A DNA stretch of 64,000 bases. Origin: Lama glama (taxonomy: Eukaryota). The position numbers and the translations under genes were made by a program. Shown one piece after another: positions 25,301 to 38,400 of the stretch (position 1 is the first letter of the stretch; every line of letters starts with the position of its first letter). The notes beneath the pieces were generated by a model that saw nothing but the letters and a program-made list of their open reading frames with translations, ran no database searches and had not been told where the DNA came from. Location of the stretch: the NCBI GenBank assembly GCA_028534125.1, contig CM052827.1:67332001-67396000 (forward strand), in the 5' to 3' direction.

Positions 25301-26795
25301 GTACATTTAAAAGTAAAATCACTGTGCAACTACTGGGTATAACCTGGGTTTCTGAAGACCCCAACAGCTTCATGAGTCCAATAAGATAAGTCATGATGAT
25401 AATAGTAAAACTCTTTAGAGCTAGCCCCCCAGGTAGAAACCACTGTGATTCCAACCCCCAAACCCCCTGTGGAGACGCTGTGTCATCTGTAGACTCTGGG
25501 AAGGAACAGTACGCAAATTAGCAAAATCACATCAAAATTTGGAGAAGAAAAAAGCAAAGAAAAGAGGTTTAAGAGATTTACCCCAGCAATCTCTCAGTGA
25601 TTTTCGTGCTCATTATCAGTAAGCTGCGTTTTTCTTGTAAAAGAACCACTTGGGCGTGCAGCGGCTTGAGATAATTAGGGGAGCGTTTACATTTTGTGGT
25701 GCCACTGACGCCCTCACACCCGAGGATCTGGCACCAGTTGCCCATGGTGCTTTCCTCCATCAGTGAATATTAAAATATTTAACCTGTGGTCAGGCAGTAA
25801 CCTCTCAAGACACTGGACTTGATTCAGCGATGTTAAGTCAAAAGGGGATTTGTCAGCAGAGAAGAACCACAGCTACCCTCCAAATTCCACTTCCGAAAGT
25901 GTTTTTCCCTCCCTTTTTAACGGCTTGAAAGATCCCATTAAAATTTCCATTAAAACAGGAATTGGAAGGGCCCAGAATAACTTAGGAAAGGATCTCTTTT
26001 AACACAGTTTCCAAATGACAACACATTAAAACGTGTGCAGACGTTGAAAATCATTGGCACACTCTGAAAAACGAGGATAAGAAGGCAGAGAGTTTGACCA
26101 GCTGATCTTCTGAAGTGCCTCTCGGCTCTAACATCCAGGTAGTGGACAGAGCTTAGGAGGTGTGAGTGCCCAGGGTCCTAGTCCTCTGAGTCGCCTGGAG
26201 CACAAAGATTCCGACTGTCCTTAGTGCCATGAAATTGTGCCTGGCTCTCACCTGGAAAGAGAAGACTCCTGCCACAGGTGGCTCCTGAAAACCATGTTTT
26301 CCAGTGGTGGAGGATGGACCCCTCTCCCCCACCTCTTCGCAAATCTAGCCAGCCATCCTGCAAACTGACATAGGACCTGGGGACAGAGCTGAACTGTAAG
26401 CATGTGCTACATTGCCACCCCTCTTATCTGGGCAAGGGCACATGAATAACTGAGCAAAATAAATTGCAGCCCGACACAGTCCACACAGCAGCAGGCAGGC
26501 AGACCCACCTGGGACTGGCTCTGTGAAGAAGGGGGTATAAAGACAGAGTGTTTAGGAGTCTGATCTGCCTGTGGTCCTAATTTTCAAAGTCGGAAGAGAT
26601 GAGTCCCCTAGGAGACTGGACCCTGCTTAGAAAGACATCTGAACTAGGCAATAAAATAATATGAAAATACCAAAAAATAAAAATCAGGAAGAGAAATAGA
26701 CATGTGCCCTCATCGCGGGACTCCTGTGGCCTCTCGCAGCACCGTGCTTCACGGACCCCAAAGAAAGCGAAAAACCCAGTCAGTGTCATCAATCC

Positions 26796-26927
26796 NNNNN
26801 NNNNNNNNNNNNNNNNNNNNNNNNNNNNNNNNNNNNNNNNNNNNNNNNNNNNNNNNNNNNNNNNNNNNNNNNNNNNNNNNNNNNNNNNNNNNNNNNNNNN
26901 NNNNNNNNNNNNNNNNNNNNNNNNNNN
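26796..26927. other. Assembly gap
   Basis: Run of N. Confidence 1.
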
Positions 26928-29070
26928 GGAGCTTCGTGGGGTTGAGCAGAGCATATTTTATATTCTTCTCTTGGAACTGCCTCTTGTTGGTAGTAAATGG
27001 CTGTCGGCGCTGCTGTCCCGCAGCAGACAAGTCTTAGGAGCACAGATAATTCAGTTTTCATCCACTGCGAGGTCTCCCGCTGCCCATGTTCTTCCCTGAC
27101 GCGGACAAGGCTGTACCTGCCCTCCCGGCCTGAGACCTGAGGAGCCCTGGTGTGGCTGGCCCCCTGCCAGAGCCACGCAGAAAAGCCGCCCACCAGTGCA
27201 GCCAGTGAGCACGAACCACCTGCTGGTCGTTTCCGCTGGAGCTTCCTCCTGAGCTCATTTCCCCCCAGGAGCAAAGATCCTGAGGGCCTGGCTCAGCAGT
27301 GGCTCCTGAAAGACAGTCCGGCTTGGTTTCACTCTGTCAGGGTTTCCATGACGATGGAGAATGTGGTAGCAAAGGTGGCGCCACGATTAAACTGCAGGGG
27401 AATGATCGCTCCCCTTCTGGTGGGGCGGCAGGTACGGCTCCTGCTCTTCTTTGAAAGCAGTTGGGCAGGTTATTAAGGACCATTAAGATGCTCATGCCAT
27501 CACCTATGAAAACTCATTCTAAGGTTATTATTCAACAGTGAAGACACGTGCTACATGCTGCTGCTTGTGAGAACAGTAATGTGGAGGTTACTAAATTTTG
27601 ACACACATGGCCGTGTAGAAACATGGAGCGTGCACCCCACACGATGTTAAAAGCCCGAAACTTAGAGAACAGCGTGTGTTCTACGAAGAGAACATCGATC
27701 TCTGCAGGGACAGAGATGATAAACGTGAAAGAAACGGACGTGAGGGCCGTGGGATTAAGCGCGCTTTTCCTGCCTTCAGATTGGCCCTCAGTGTTGTTTC
27801 TGTATCTTTAACAATCATGAAGAGACTGAGAATGCCCCGTCGGTGTCGGCGTGTCTCCTGGTTCCGGGTCTGGATAACTCAACCGGCTCCAATTCTTTCG
27901 GGCGAGACGGGTGACGGAGTTTTTCTTTTTCATGGTTTTTAAACGGCCGGGCCTGGGCTCTTTAATCTCACGGTCGGCTTCTTTGCCTGGATGCGTTGCT
28001 TCAACCATTTTCATGATCCTCCACATGGTTTTAAAAAGCTGAGTCATTTCCACGGTCCCTCTCCTCCACTGTCCTGGGCTGCTTAATTAAGTGAGTTTTC
28101 CAAGAGCCTCCGTCCTGCACTTCCCAAGGCAGCATGCGCAGACGGGAGCCGGGGTCGTGGGAAGCTGCCAGCCAAGAATTAAAACCACAACACACGGCAA
28201 ACCACTCAAGCAAGACGCCGTCCATCAAGCGCCATCACTGGACAACATAGAATGTGAGCTGCGTACCTCCAGAACAGCCAATGCTGTGCGTGGCCGCGGC
28301 ACCGGTGGTCGGAAGGATGAATAAACGCAATTAAGACACTTGGCCAAGAGGTAAACAAGGCACGCGGCTCACAAAAGGCCAGCGACTTGTGTTTATTTTA
28401 ATATTGCTTTACGGCAACACCTAATAAAGAGAGCATGATTGCAAGAAAGAAATTTTCAGTCATAATGAATGCTGCAAACTTAACCTCCCAAGTTTAAATA
28501 GGCTACAACATCTTGGGGAAAATGCAAGAAAGATTATTTGATAAAGGTGACGGTTTTTCACACCTGAAAATGATGTTTTTCTTCCAGCCTATCTTGATCA
28601 ACAGTCGGCAGCAACACATTGCAGATATAATCTCAGGACCTTGTGGCATGTGCTTGTCCCTACATGCATAACTTACTCTGGACAGAGGATCACGGAGACT
28701 TTGAACACAATTTCCCACGCGACAGGAGATTAACTAGGCCGCGCTGGAAGGAGGCAGGAAGCGGCCGGGCCTCGGGAGAAGCAGACAGCGAGCCTCAGCT
28801 CTGGAGCAGACAGACAGCGGGACGCACACTTCCTGACATGCTGCCTCCAGGAGCTCGGCTCTCGGGAGCTCTGGGGAGGGCCCACGGCGGGGTGAGCAGC
28901 AGCAGCAGGAGGGCCTTGGCTGGGGAGGCTCGGAGCGGAGGGAGTCGCCTCTCCTCGTCTGGGCCCGGCTCTCGCCTCTCCCTCCGTGGGGGGCCCCCTT
29001 CTCGGGGCGTCCTCTGCCTCCGCATAGCTTGCCAGCCACCCCACTGGAACCTGCTCTTGAGACTGCGCTC

Positions 29071-29084
29071 CTGCCCCCTGCAGG
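29071..29084 (-). promoter_or_regulatory. Candidate CTCF core motif
   Basis: Minus strand CCTGCAGGGGGCAG matches CCASYAGRKGGCRS at 13 of 14 positions; single motif in GC-rich DNA. Confidence 0.3.
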
Positions 29085-29492
29085 GAGGCGAGGACCCAGT
29101 GCCCTACCCTTCGGTCTGTATGTGAATAGCAAGCTTGCTTCCTACGCTGCGTTTGCCAGTGAAGGAGCAGCGGACACCGACAAACTGGAGGAGGAGACTC
29201 CGGGTGCAGCAGAGCCTCCCAGCATCCCGGCTCCATTCCTCCCCGCAGCCTGCAGCGCGGCCTCGGACCTGCTGGGCCTCGTCCCCTGACTCTTAAAAAC
29301 AAATCAGGAAGTACCTCAGTCACAGGACTATTGTGACGATCAAATGAGTTCATCCTTGGGAAGCTGGAGAGCAGCGCCCGACACCACGGAAACGGTTTGT
29401 GTTAACAATGGTTACCATTACCATCATTCGATATAAAAAATTTCAGAAACAAAGAAGTCACAAGAAAACATCATCTATCAAAAAATATACAC

Positions 29493-29619
29493 GGGGGTGG
29501 GGGGAAGGTGGGGGGTGGCTCAGTGGCAGAGTGTCTGCCTAGCAGCATGAGCCCCTGGGTTCAATCCCCAGGGCCTCCATGAAATAAATACATTAACCTA
29601 ATACCCCCCAAAAATAAAA
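29493..29619 (+). mobile_element. Camelid tRNA-derived SINE (Vic-1 type)
   Basis: G-rich head, A box tggctcagtgg 29516, B box ggttcaatcc 29558, tail aaataaatacattaacctaatacccccc plus A-rich end. Confidence 0.85.
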
Positions 29620-30689
29620 GCTGGACTGACATTACACACACACACACACGAATGAAGGCACGCAGGGGGCTGGTCTGCACTGCAGAGCAGCGTTGCAGCA
29701 GCCGCACGGAATTTGAAGGTTGGCACCTGGTGTCGCCAACACGGCCACTGCGCGACCCAGGGCCTCACATCCCGACCTGAGAAGTGGGGAAACAACGTCA
29801 GCTCCGCAGAGCTGCGGCCCAAGCCAGCTGAGCAAGCGTCGATCGCGGGGCAGAGCCAGGCGCGGACGCCCGACAGACGGCGGCAGGAAGGGGAGGCGAG
29901 CTCTTCAACTGGAACTTGACCCTCGGAACTGGGTTTGAGAAGGAATGAGTGTTTGCAAGTCTTAGTGTTGGAACTTGGGACCACAAATAACCCCCAAGAT
30001 GTGAACCAGGGGAGAAATCAGACACCAGGGTCAGCCGGTCCCTGGGCTGGAGAGTGTGTCGGAGACGCTGGGGCCCAACGGGCCCCCGACTCCCCAGCCC
30101 CGAGTCAGGCGGGCGTGCCCTGCAGCCCTGGGCCGGCAGCGCTGCAGGCCCCTCTAAAGCGGGGAATGTGGAGAAGAGCCGGCTGAGGCTGTCTCCCCAG
30201 CTCGGCTGTTTCTTCTGCACACACTCTCCAGCTCAGTGTCCGCCCTTCCCACGGGGAGGGCTGAGGGGGTCTGCGGTGAAGGCTACAGACCTTCCTTCCT
30301 TGCCTTCCCCCCGCCCCGTGCAGGAAGGGGTGGAGAAGCCACACCCTCGGTGGCACTTGCAGATTACAGACGCTTCCCTCAGCGATCGGCCCTGACGGTG
30401 CGTCTGTTTCTAATAGCCATGCGTTCTACACGGGGAAACAGGGAACAGCCTCGAAGCGATTGGCAGACACGCCTCAAGCGTGAATGCTGCTGCTTCCTCT
30501 GTGACGCTCTGTCCCCGAGAAGCCCGCCAGCGATTCCTCCCTCTGTGGGTGCGTCCCATGCCTCCATCTCCAGCTGAGGCTCGTTCCTCCCGCCCGCTGA
30601 CTCTGAGCAAGCATGCCGCTGCTTTGACGGGGAGGACGCAGCGGCAGGGGGCTCCTAGGCTGGGGACTGGGGGCCTTACAGCCTCTGCC

Positions 30690-31166
30690 CCGCTGGCTCA
30701 GAGTGTCCGCTCTGGGAGAAACCAGCTTCTTTGTAAGAACCTGACTGCCCGAAGCCTCCACGCCCCGTGAGGAACCCATGTTCCCATGTGGAGACAGCTG
30801 CCCGGCCAGCCCAGCTGCTGTGTCCATCCCAAATGACGTGTGGGAGGATGTAGATGTCGACTCAGCCGCCTCCTCAGATGACAGCAGCCCCAGCGCAGCC
30901 CTGTGAGCACCCCCCCTGCGGCGGGCGCAGTGCCGGGGGAGAGCGCCTGCTTAGCACGCACGCGGTCCTGGCTTCAACCCCCCGCGCCTCCACTTAACAT
31001 AAGTAAATAGATAAACCTAATTACCCCCAAAAAATGAAAAAAGAAAAGAAAAGAAAACCAGCCAGCTGAGCCTTAACCAGCTCCCAGAGCCACGAGAGAC
31101 AACACTTCAGCGGTGGTTTCAAGTGCCTGAGACTGAGGTGCTGCCACAGCCGCTGACAACCAGACA
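30690..31166 (+). mobile_element. MLT1 (MaLR) solo LTR interrupted by a SINE
   Basis: ccacgccccgtgaggaaccc...cagccccagc...aaccagccagctgagcc...cagagccacgagagacaac...cagccgctgacaaccagaca follows the MLT1F/G/H 3' layout. Confidence 0.6.
30918..31057 (+). mobile_element. Camelid tRNA-derived SINE (Vic-1 type), GC-shifted
   Basis: agagcgcctgcttagcacgcacgcggtcctggcttcaaccccc...cctccac...ataaacctaattaccccc plus A-rich tail. Confidence 0.8.
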
Positions 31167-31399
31167 CCGCCTCCACCAAGCTTTTCACCGAACCTGCCTT
31201 TTTTTGCTTTTAAACCTCACTCAGACGGTGCTTGAACAGCTGAGACTAGTTTTCATTCAGGGAACTTGAACACCAAACACAGGCAACGCTGGGTGTTTGC
31301 TTTGGCGTTACCTGAACAAAACAGCAGAAATCCCCCCTGCAGTCTCTGCAAAAGATTGGTTTCTAATCCTCAGTTAAAATGCTTTAGCAAAGCAACTGA

Positions 31400-31610
31400 G
31401 GTTGGCTCCTTCTACAAGGTGAATGTCATGTCTCTAATGCAAATAATAGATTTGATGACAGAGACAAAGAATATTTACCATGAAACTAATTTCTATCATT
31501 TGATGCCAATTAAGATTTTAATTGCTTCCTCAGTCTCACCAGATGTTCGCAGTTTCAGGAAGTGCAAGTGTATTTGGTTACATTTGTTTAACTTGTGTAA
31601 ACTCGTGTGA
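31400..31610. promoter_or_regulatory. Candidate enhancer: octamer, FOX and homeodomain motifs
   Basis: ATGCAAAT 31437, TGACAG 31456, TATTTAC 31472, TGTTTAAC 31584, several TAATT cores; non-repetitive AT-rich island. Confidence 0.35.
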
Positions 31611-32074
31611 GTCGTTATTTCCAGGGAAAATGGAATTTGAAACCAGAACCACTCCTGCTCTAAGTTTCTGCGATGGAGACCTTAAAATCAGATAAGTTAC
31701 TTACGCTAGTCATGCAAGTAAGTCCATCCTCACAAGCTTGATGCTCAAAGGAACTTTGAAAGACAACCAAAGATACAAGTGGGTTCTAATTTACTTAGTC
31801 CTCTTCGTCTATGAAAATCCTTCTTGTAAATTTGATGAAATTTTTCTGTGAAATGCACTCTTTCAAACTATGGCTGTGATGTGGACTCACACAGAGGATT
31901 TACACAACCACACGTTCTCCTTCTGGGGTTACTTTCCTAGAAGCCGAGATGTTCGGTCTGCACGACGGTGCCTATTTCGCTGGCCTAGGGAACCGGGGCA
32001 CCTGGGATTTGCAACCTTTCAAGTCCTTTACACTCATAGCCTTTTTACTTCTCTGAGCTTCTGTTTATCCTCTT

Positions 32075-32190
32075 GGGGAAGAAGGAGATGGAGGAGGAGG
32101 AAGAAGAGGAAGAGGAAGAGGAAAGGGGAAGGGGGAAGGGAAAAGGGGGAGCGGGAGGAGGGAGGGGGAGGAGGGGGACTGGGAGGAGAT
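32075..32190. repeat. Polypurine (GA-rich) low-complexity tract
   Basis: About 115 nt almost entirely G/A, with multiple G runs. Confidence 0.9.
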
Positions 32191-35100
32191 GATGATGTGG
32201 GATTTAGGAACGAGACACACGAACTCATTCACATAAGGTGCCCAGCTTGAACTCTGACTTTTACACAAATGCCACACACATGAGAGCACACGAAGAGGAG
32301 ACCTCTCCAGCCCCCGAGAGCCCAGGCTGCCGGGCTGAGCACTTGGACACCACTGGGCGCAGCGTATGTTAACGCTTATGGACAGCAAGTAAGTCGCTGT
32401 GCTGGTGTAGCTTCTACCCAAGAGAATCTCTCCAGGATCAAATCTGTGTTCAGGGCTGATACTGGGGTCTCTTGTCCCGGGGGGCGTCTCTGCTGCTTTA
32501 AACCATTCTATCCCCAGTCCGGCCATCCCAGGTCATCTCAGCCCACTATCCAACCAAGCACAGAGGGCAGAGCAGCCCTGTCTTAGTTATGGAAGCAGAT
32601 GAAGCAGCCGGGGCCGGCAGACGCCAGCCTCCCCCGACCGCGGGCCTTATGAGCAGAATATATGTCCCCTTTTTGCCTTCTACTTTGGGTCTGTTGTTGA
32701 GCTTTGGGGTAAAAGATATTGAGCACTGATGTAGCAACTGACATACGGACTCTGTTGAGGGGCCGTGAATCACTGCTGTGGTCCTGAAGCATCGCCCCGG
32801 TTGGTGTTCGCAGCCCTGAGACACTGAGGACTGCTCTCGGGCCTCTCCCAGGAATTCAGCACCACGAGAAGGAAAGGGTGATGGGTGGGGGAGACGGGGA
32901 GGGAAGCACACAGAGGAGGAAACAGAGACAAGGCTGCGACAGAGGTGGTCGCCAAGAGACTGATCTCCAAAGACACCGAAAGATAGGCTTTTAGTTTGAC
33001 ATATGTCTGAGTCATCTGTTACCAAAAATCGAACCCAATCGCAGACTGGGAGAATTGAATTAGAATTTTAAAAATCAGCAATTCTAAATTCAAGGAATAT
33101 TGACATGAGTACAGAAGCTCCTGAAGGAAGCCCACACGCCCTGGCCAGGCGGCACGTCGTCGGCAGCAGAGGAAGCCCACGCGATCCCAGCCTGCTCCGC
33201 TCAGACTCTGTATGCGTGAGACGCTTGTGACTTTTCGCCCAGTAACACACTTCACAATTTGAATGACTGATTTACACACTTTCGAAAATACCATCGTGTT
33301 TTCTGCAACTCTCCTCTCTCCTGTTTTGGAAAGTTGCGAGGGGCCGCGCCCCAGCCTCGCCCGCCTGCGTTGTGACGGCCGTTCTTTCCAAGGCGTCCTC
33401 GTCAGTTTCCCTGTGCAGTTACAGGACAGCTCGACTTCGCCTTATGCTGACTTCGAGCAAATAGAATTCAAAAGGCAAAGCAAAATACTGAGTCGTCGGA
33501 AAGGTGACATCCTGCAAAAGCTTGTAGGGGATCATTTAAATGGAAGTTATTTTGATTGTCCTGAAAAACAAAAACAAGCACACAAGACAGCAGAGGCCCA
33601 CGCTGACGCAGCAGACCAGCCCTTGGCAGCTGTGGATCCAACAGTCGTGGTTTTGAACGTTCTTAAATGACCCTGAAAGCCCGTAACGTGTAGTGATTCG
33701 TCGCTTTGCTGGGACACAGACCTGAGCCGCCTGTACTGGGCTGCAACGTGTCATTTAACCCAGTGCCGTGACTTTCTTCTCTTCTCGTTTCCTTGCAGGA
33801 ATTTCATGGATTTGGGAATTTGCAAAGGTCCCAGGGACTCCTTCACAAACACCCTCGGAGCCAACGTAGTGTTTACCAGTAGTAAAGGGGCAGGGGACAG
33901 ATACAAGGAAACCGTTGAGGTAGTGCACTTTCAGCGTAGAACGCCGAGACGCGAAACCCAGTGAGCACTCACTTTGTTGATTCCTTATCGTGCAGGCAGC
34001 TAACACACGGGGGAGAGTTCTCTGTATGTTAACGCCTTTTCTTTGCTTCGTGTCTGATACTGAAACATTTATGTTGTAGCTTCTACTTACAATGAGCATC
34101 CTTTGAATTAGACGAAGGGAGGAAATTTCAGAGGCCATCAATGGTTTTTTCTAATTTTTTTCAGGATTTGAACAATATTTAGTGTAAAATCTGCCCAAGA
34201 TAAGAAGCCTCTGTCACGAGGCCCGCCTGCGCCTGATTTAGCCGTCTCGTCTCACGCGCAGCACTGTTTATACATTCCCTTAATCTGCAGCCCCGCAGTG
34301 TGACAGGATTAGGAACCTGGGCCCATATGCAGATGTGAGGATGTGTGGCAAAATTGAGACACTTCAATAAATTTGCTTTTGAAGATTAGGAATGGGGACT
34401 TGATACACCCATTTGGCTTTTCTCGGTGTCTGAACACAGAACCTCAGTAATCCTTCTGAGGGAAATCTCATTAATGTGTGTTTCAGATCACATTATATTT
34501 ATACATGTGTCTTGTCTGCTTAAAAATCAAATAAGGCTTATTTGTCACTAAGATGGTCTTTTTTAAGTGAGTGAATATTTCAGTAAGTGACACTGAAATA
34601 ACTTTTCCTGCAGATTCAGTAATTTACATATTTTGTAGATATTCAAATGAAAGATGGTCCAAAATACAGCCGTCGTTGCTCCAAGCTCTGGGAGCCGAGT
34701 GTCTTTTGATGCATCCTTGCAACAGACTGCCATAGTGAGAGGAACCTAAGATTTTGCTCTGTGTTTGGACATTTTGGGGGTGAGAGAGTATTTTTAATAA
34801 TGTCCTCCCCCCACCTGGGTCTCTGAAGCACTGACTCCCGTAGGAGAGACGAACGATAGGAACCAGCCAATCGTCTGACCGTCAGAAACATGACTGTAGT
34901 AGTTCACACCAACAGGAGCACCCAGTTACCTTTCCTTCCATCAAAACGATGAGAACGTGTTCATACATCTACATGAAAACAGAAATTTAGGGGGCATGAC
35001 GTTGTTCGGCTGTAATCCGCTCGCCCACCACCCCCTCCCCTCACTGCCTTAGGTTTGCAAACTGCTTCAGCAGCCATCAGCCAAGAAATGTGCGTGTCAT

Positions 35101-38100
35101 CTGCAAATCACAGATCTTGACTCGAGTGATTGCACAGAGGGAAGTGCTGAAGGGTTTGTAGTGGCCGGGACAGGACTTAAAAGTGATGTGAAATAGGGAG
35201 CGAAGAGGGCTACAGTTGCCTTGGAGCCTAGAATAGACTGAGCTTCAATGCCACAAGAAAATCACCAGCTTCTCCATCATTTCTTTAAAGGTCAAAAGTT
35301 TTGTAGGTGGGCTGGGAGGGCAGTGGATTGCAGACGCGTTTAACAGCAGGATATTTTCCGCTGCCATGACCAGTTAAGGAAGATTTTCAAAAACGCATCT
35401 GCTGGTAAACAGTTTGGCCCTGCTCTGGGTCATCTGCCTTCTCTGGCCTCCTTGCTGCACGGATTCTCGCAGGGCAGAGTCCCAGACTGCACATCAGTCA
35501 AAGTTAGGCTTCCAGTGCAGCCCGTCATGCTTCTCAGAGACGCACCTCAGTGGCTTTCAGGGAGGCTTTACGGTGTGGGCCGCCTCTTCCCAAGTCCATG
35601 AGGCGCACACCCGAGACGTGCAGGCCCCGAGCATGGACGCGCCTCTTCTGCCTCCAGCTGCTGGCTGGCAGACGGGCACCAGCACCCAGCCCTGACTGCC
35701 AGCCGCCCAGTGCGAGGCAACTGAGCTCAGTCACTGCCCCCGCGGAGTCCCCAGAGGACCCCGAGAGGGCCAGCTTCCTAGGGGGGTCACCCAGTGCTCT
35801 GCCGTGTATACGCAACTCTTGGCTACTAGGAACAAGCCAGTCGTTTGGCCAGTCCGACCTAAGCCCTCGGGCAGAGTCAGACTAAGCCGTGGGAAATCTT
35901 CCGTCTCTGCCCACATTGGCTCACTGGCCCCCAGGGCTGCACAGCAAGAGCGATGAAGGCCCAGGGGCTCCTTCCAGAAGCCCCTCCAGAGGACAGCCAT
36001 GTCCCGGGTTCCTCAGAGGGAGCCCCTCTCTAAGTGGGAACGTGGGAAGATAAGGTCCCAGTGTAGCTGATACCACAGCTCTTCCCCTGGGCCAAAGCCA
36101 CGCTGGAAACCGCAGGCCTGCTCTGTCCCGTTACCTCGGGTTGGACTGAGGTCCCGGTGCCAGCCGGACTTTACACCGTGTCTGACCCTCCTGCCTGAGC
36201 ACCTGGTGACACTGCACGTGTGGTGAGTATGAGCGCATGTGGGTTCCCGGTGGAAGGTGTGTGGCGGGAACTCCCGGTTCACAGTTTTCGCAAAGATACT
36301 GTTCACAGTGCTTGTGCAGCCACGCATTCAAGTTGGGATGACAAAGTACTTAGTGTCACTTGTCTGGACCTGGGGCTCCCCAAGGATGGCCTGGGGCCTC
36401 ATACATTCCAAAAGGATTTTATCAGGCCACAGAGGCTACGGGCCGTAATTCCTTAAAAAAAAAAAAAGAGAAAGAGAAAAAAATTAAAAAACTGAAATAA
36501 GATAAAAATAAAAGGCCATAATTCCTTTCCCTCAGATGGGGCATGAGATGACCCCCCCAACATTTTGCAATACATGGTTTTCCATTTGGCGAAGAAATAA
36601 GAGGAATTAACATTACGTAGACTCCTAGCTGGACCGTTTACAGGCACCCCGAGCAGAAGAGTGGTGCCTCAGAAAGGAACTCGTGTCGGTGCAGAACCTC
36701 GGGCCAGTTGCTTGCTCGCTGTCCTCAGTCCCTCTCCTAGAAGGGAAGACTGAGAGCATGTTCCCGCAGCGTTGTCGTGAGAGTTCAACGCGTTCATATG
36801 AGAACACTGCTGAGAACAGAGCCTGGCGCGTGGTAAGTGCCCCGGAGAGGGTTCAAGAAAGGATTTCTGTTGTTGCTGTCGCTGTTGGATCTTTGCAGCA
36901 AGCTTTCCGCCATCCTTCCGTGTATGATGGTGGGGGAGGGGCGGGGGAGGTTAAACATAATGGTCTGGGGAGTGGAAGGTGGGGGGTCTTCCAAGTACGT
37001 GCTGGTGGCAGAGCAGCAAAGAACCCCACGGGCGTCCCTCGTTTGCAAAGGCTGCTGTGGCTCCTGCTCTGGTCTCTCCTTTCCAGCCCCTGTGACCCAC
37101 GTTCTCTCTGCGTCTGCATCTGGATCTTTCACGGGAACAAAGTAGGATCCTTTCAGGAGCTCTTAGAGGCTGGTGCAGACGTGAGGATGAGTAAGGCCAG
37201 GAGCACCGAGGCAGGAACGCACGTGGCCCAGAGAAGGGAAGACGGCCGTGCGGAGCGCGGGGTCCCGGGCGCAGCTCACAGCACTCTGCGACCCTGTGAA
37301 CGAGGCCACGGGGCAGGAGAGGACGGAGTTCTGTTTGGATCGCGAGTCCACTCGCTCGGCTTTCTTAGCTCTGACTCATGAAGGGACCCAGTCAAAAGTG
37401 TTTTGTGCATCCTGTGAGACGCAGAGGCTCACTGCGCTCGCCAGGCCTGCCACTGCCTGCTGCTTTAAAAATGCCCAGAGCCCTGATCTGGGAGGAAAGC
37501 AAGCGGTCGTTTGTGCAAAAATGCTAAAGCCATTTGGAAGCAAATGCAAACAATGGAGAAAAAGTACGAGCTGGTGGATGTCAGTCTGTGCTTTTCTCAA
37601 GGAGGCCCGTCTGCCGGTGACGCCGTCAAGGAGCTGGGTCATCTCTCAACAGTCATTTTCTCAGAGGGCACAGAATTCTTGCGCAGATCTCATCCCCCTT
37701 CGGTTGCACATGTGCTGCAAACAGCCAAGCCGGCGAAGACTTGGGCAGCCCACGGGCCGTCATCAGCTCCGTCTGAAGAGTTTATAACCCTGACGGGATC
37801 AGAGGTCCCTCCGGGGACTCCCCCTCGTGAACCCAGTGGAGGGACAGCCTTTCTCTCACCCCTGATTCCTCACCGGACAGTTCTCCTACTCGCCAGTTAA
37901 CAATTACGGTCTGAAAGCAAGTCGGTTCCAAAGAGGACTTTACGAAGTTCTTAGCAACTAAGAAGCTGATGGAAGCCAAGCGCTCTGTGCAGAAACTGAA
38001 CTGTGAACTGTCTGAAGACAGGGCTGACTCACGTACGTTAGTGCATCGTAACACGAATCATCAGGACATTAATTCCTGTGTTCCTGTGTATCTCCCACGA

Positions 38101-38294
38101 GCTACAACTACGTTGTGGGGAGCAAAAGTGGGCGGTCACTGTGAAAGGTGCCATTAATCCTGGCCGCAGCCCCTCCCCTAAGAACCTGCCCCGGCGCCCC
38201 TGGAAGGGCTGGCCCTTCTCACGCTTCAGGTCTGTGATTCGGCTCAGAGTTCACGTTGGGTGTTTTTTATCTGTTTAATTCTCTCTAACCGCTG

Positions 38295-38400
38295 ACTGAG
38301 CCCTCTTTGAAGAAAGGGACCATGTCTTATTCAGGCTCTCCCCAGCGTTGAGCTTGCGTGTGGCACATAGAAGGGGCTAGAGAATGCTGGTCTCATGGAC
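38295..38400 (+). mobile_element. L2 LINE 3' end
   Basis: ctttgaagaaagggaccatgtcttattc...cccagcg...tggcacatagaaggggct. Confidence 0.7.

Noticed and set aside
29493-29619. tRNA gene (A and B boxes)
   Set aside because: No cloverleaf or acceptor stem; it has a SINE body and A-rich tail
33916-33931. TGAGGTAGT, identical to the first 9 nt of let-7
   Set aside because: The match stops after 9 nt and no precursor hairpin is evident
36683-37900. ORFs of 232, 179 and 129 aa
   Set aside because: No recognisable family, overlapping in several frames, no convincing exon boundaries
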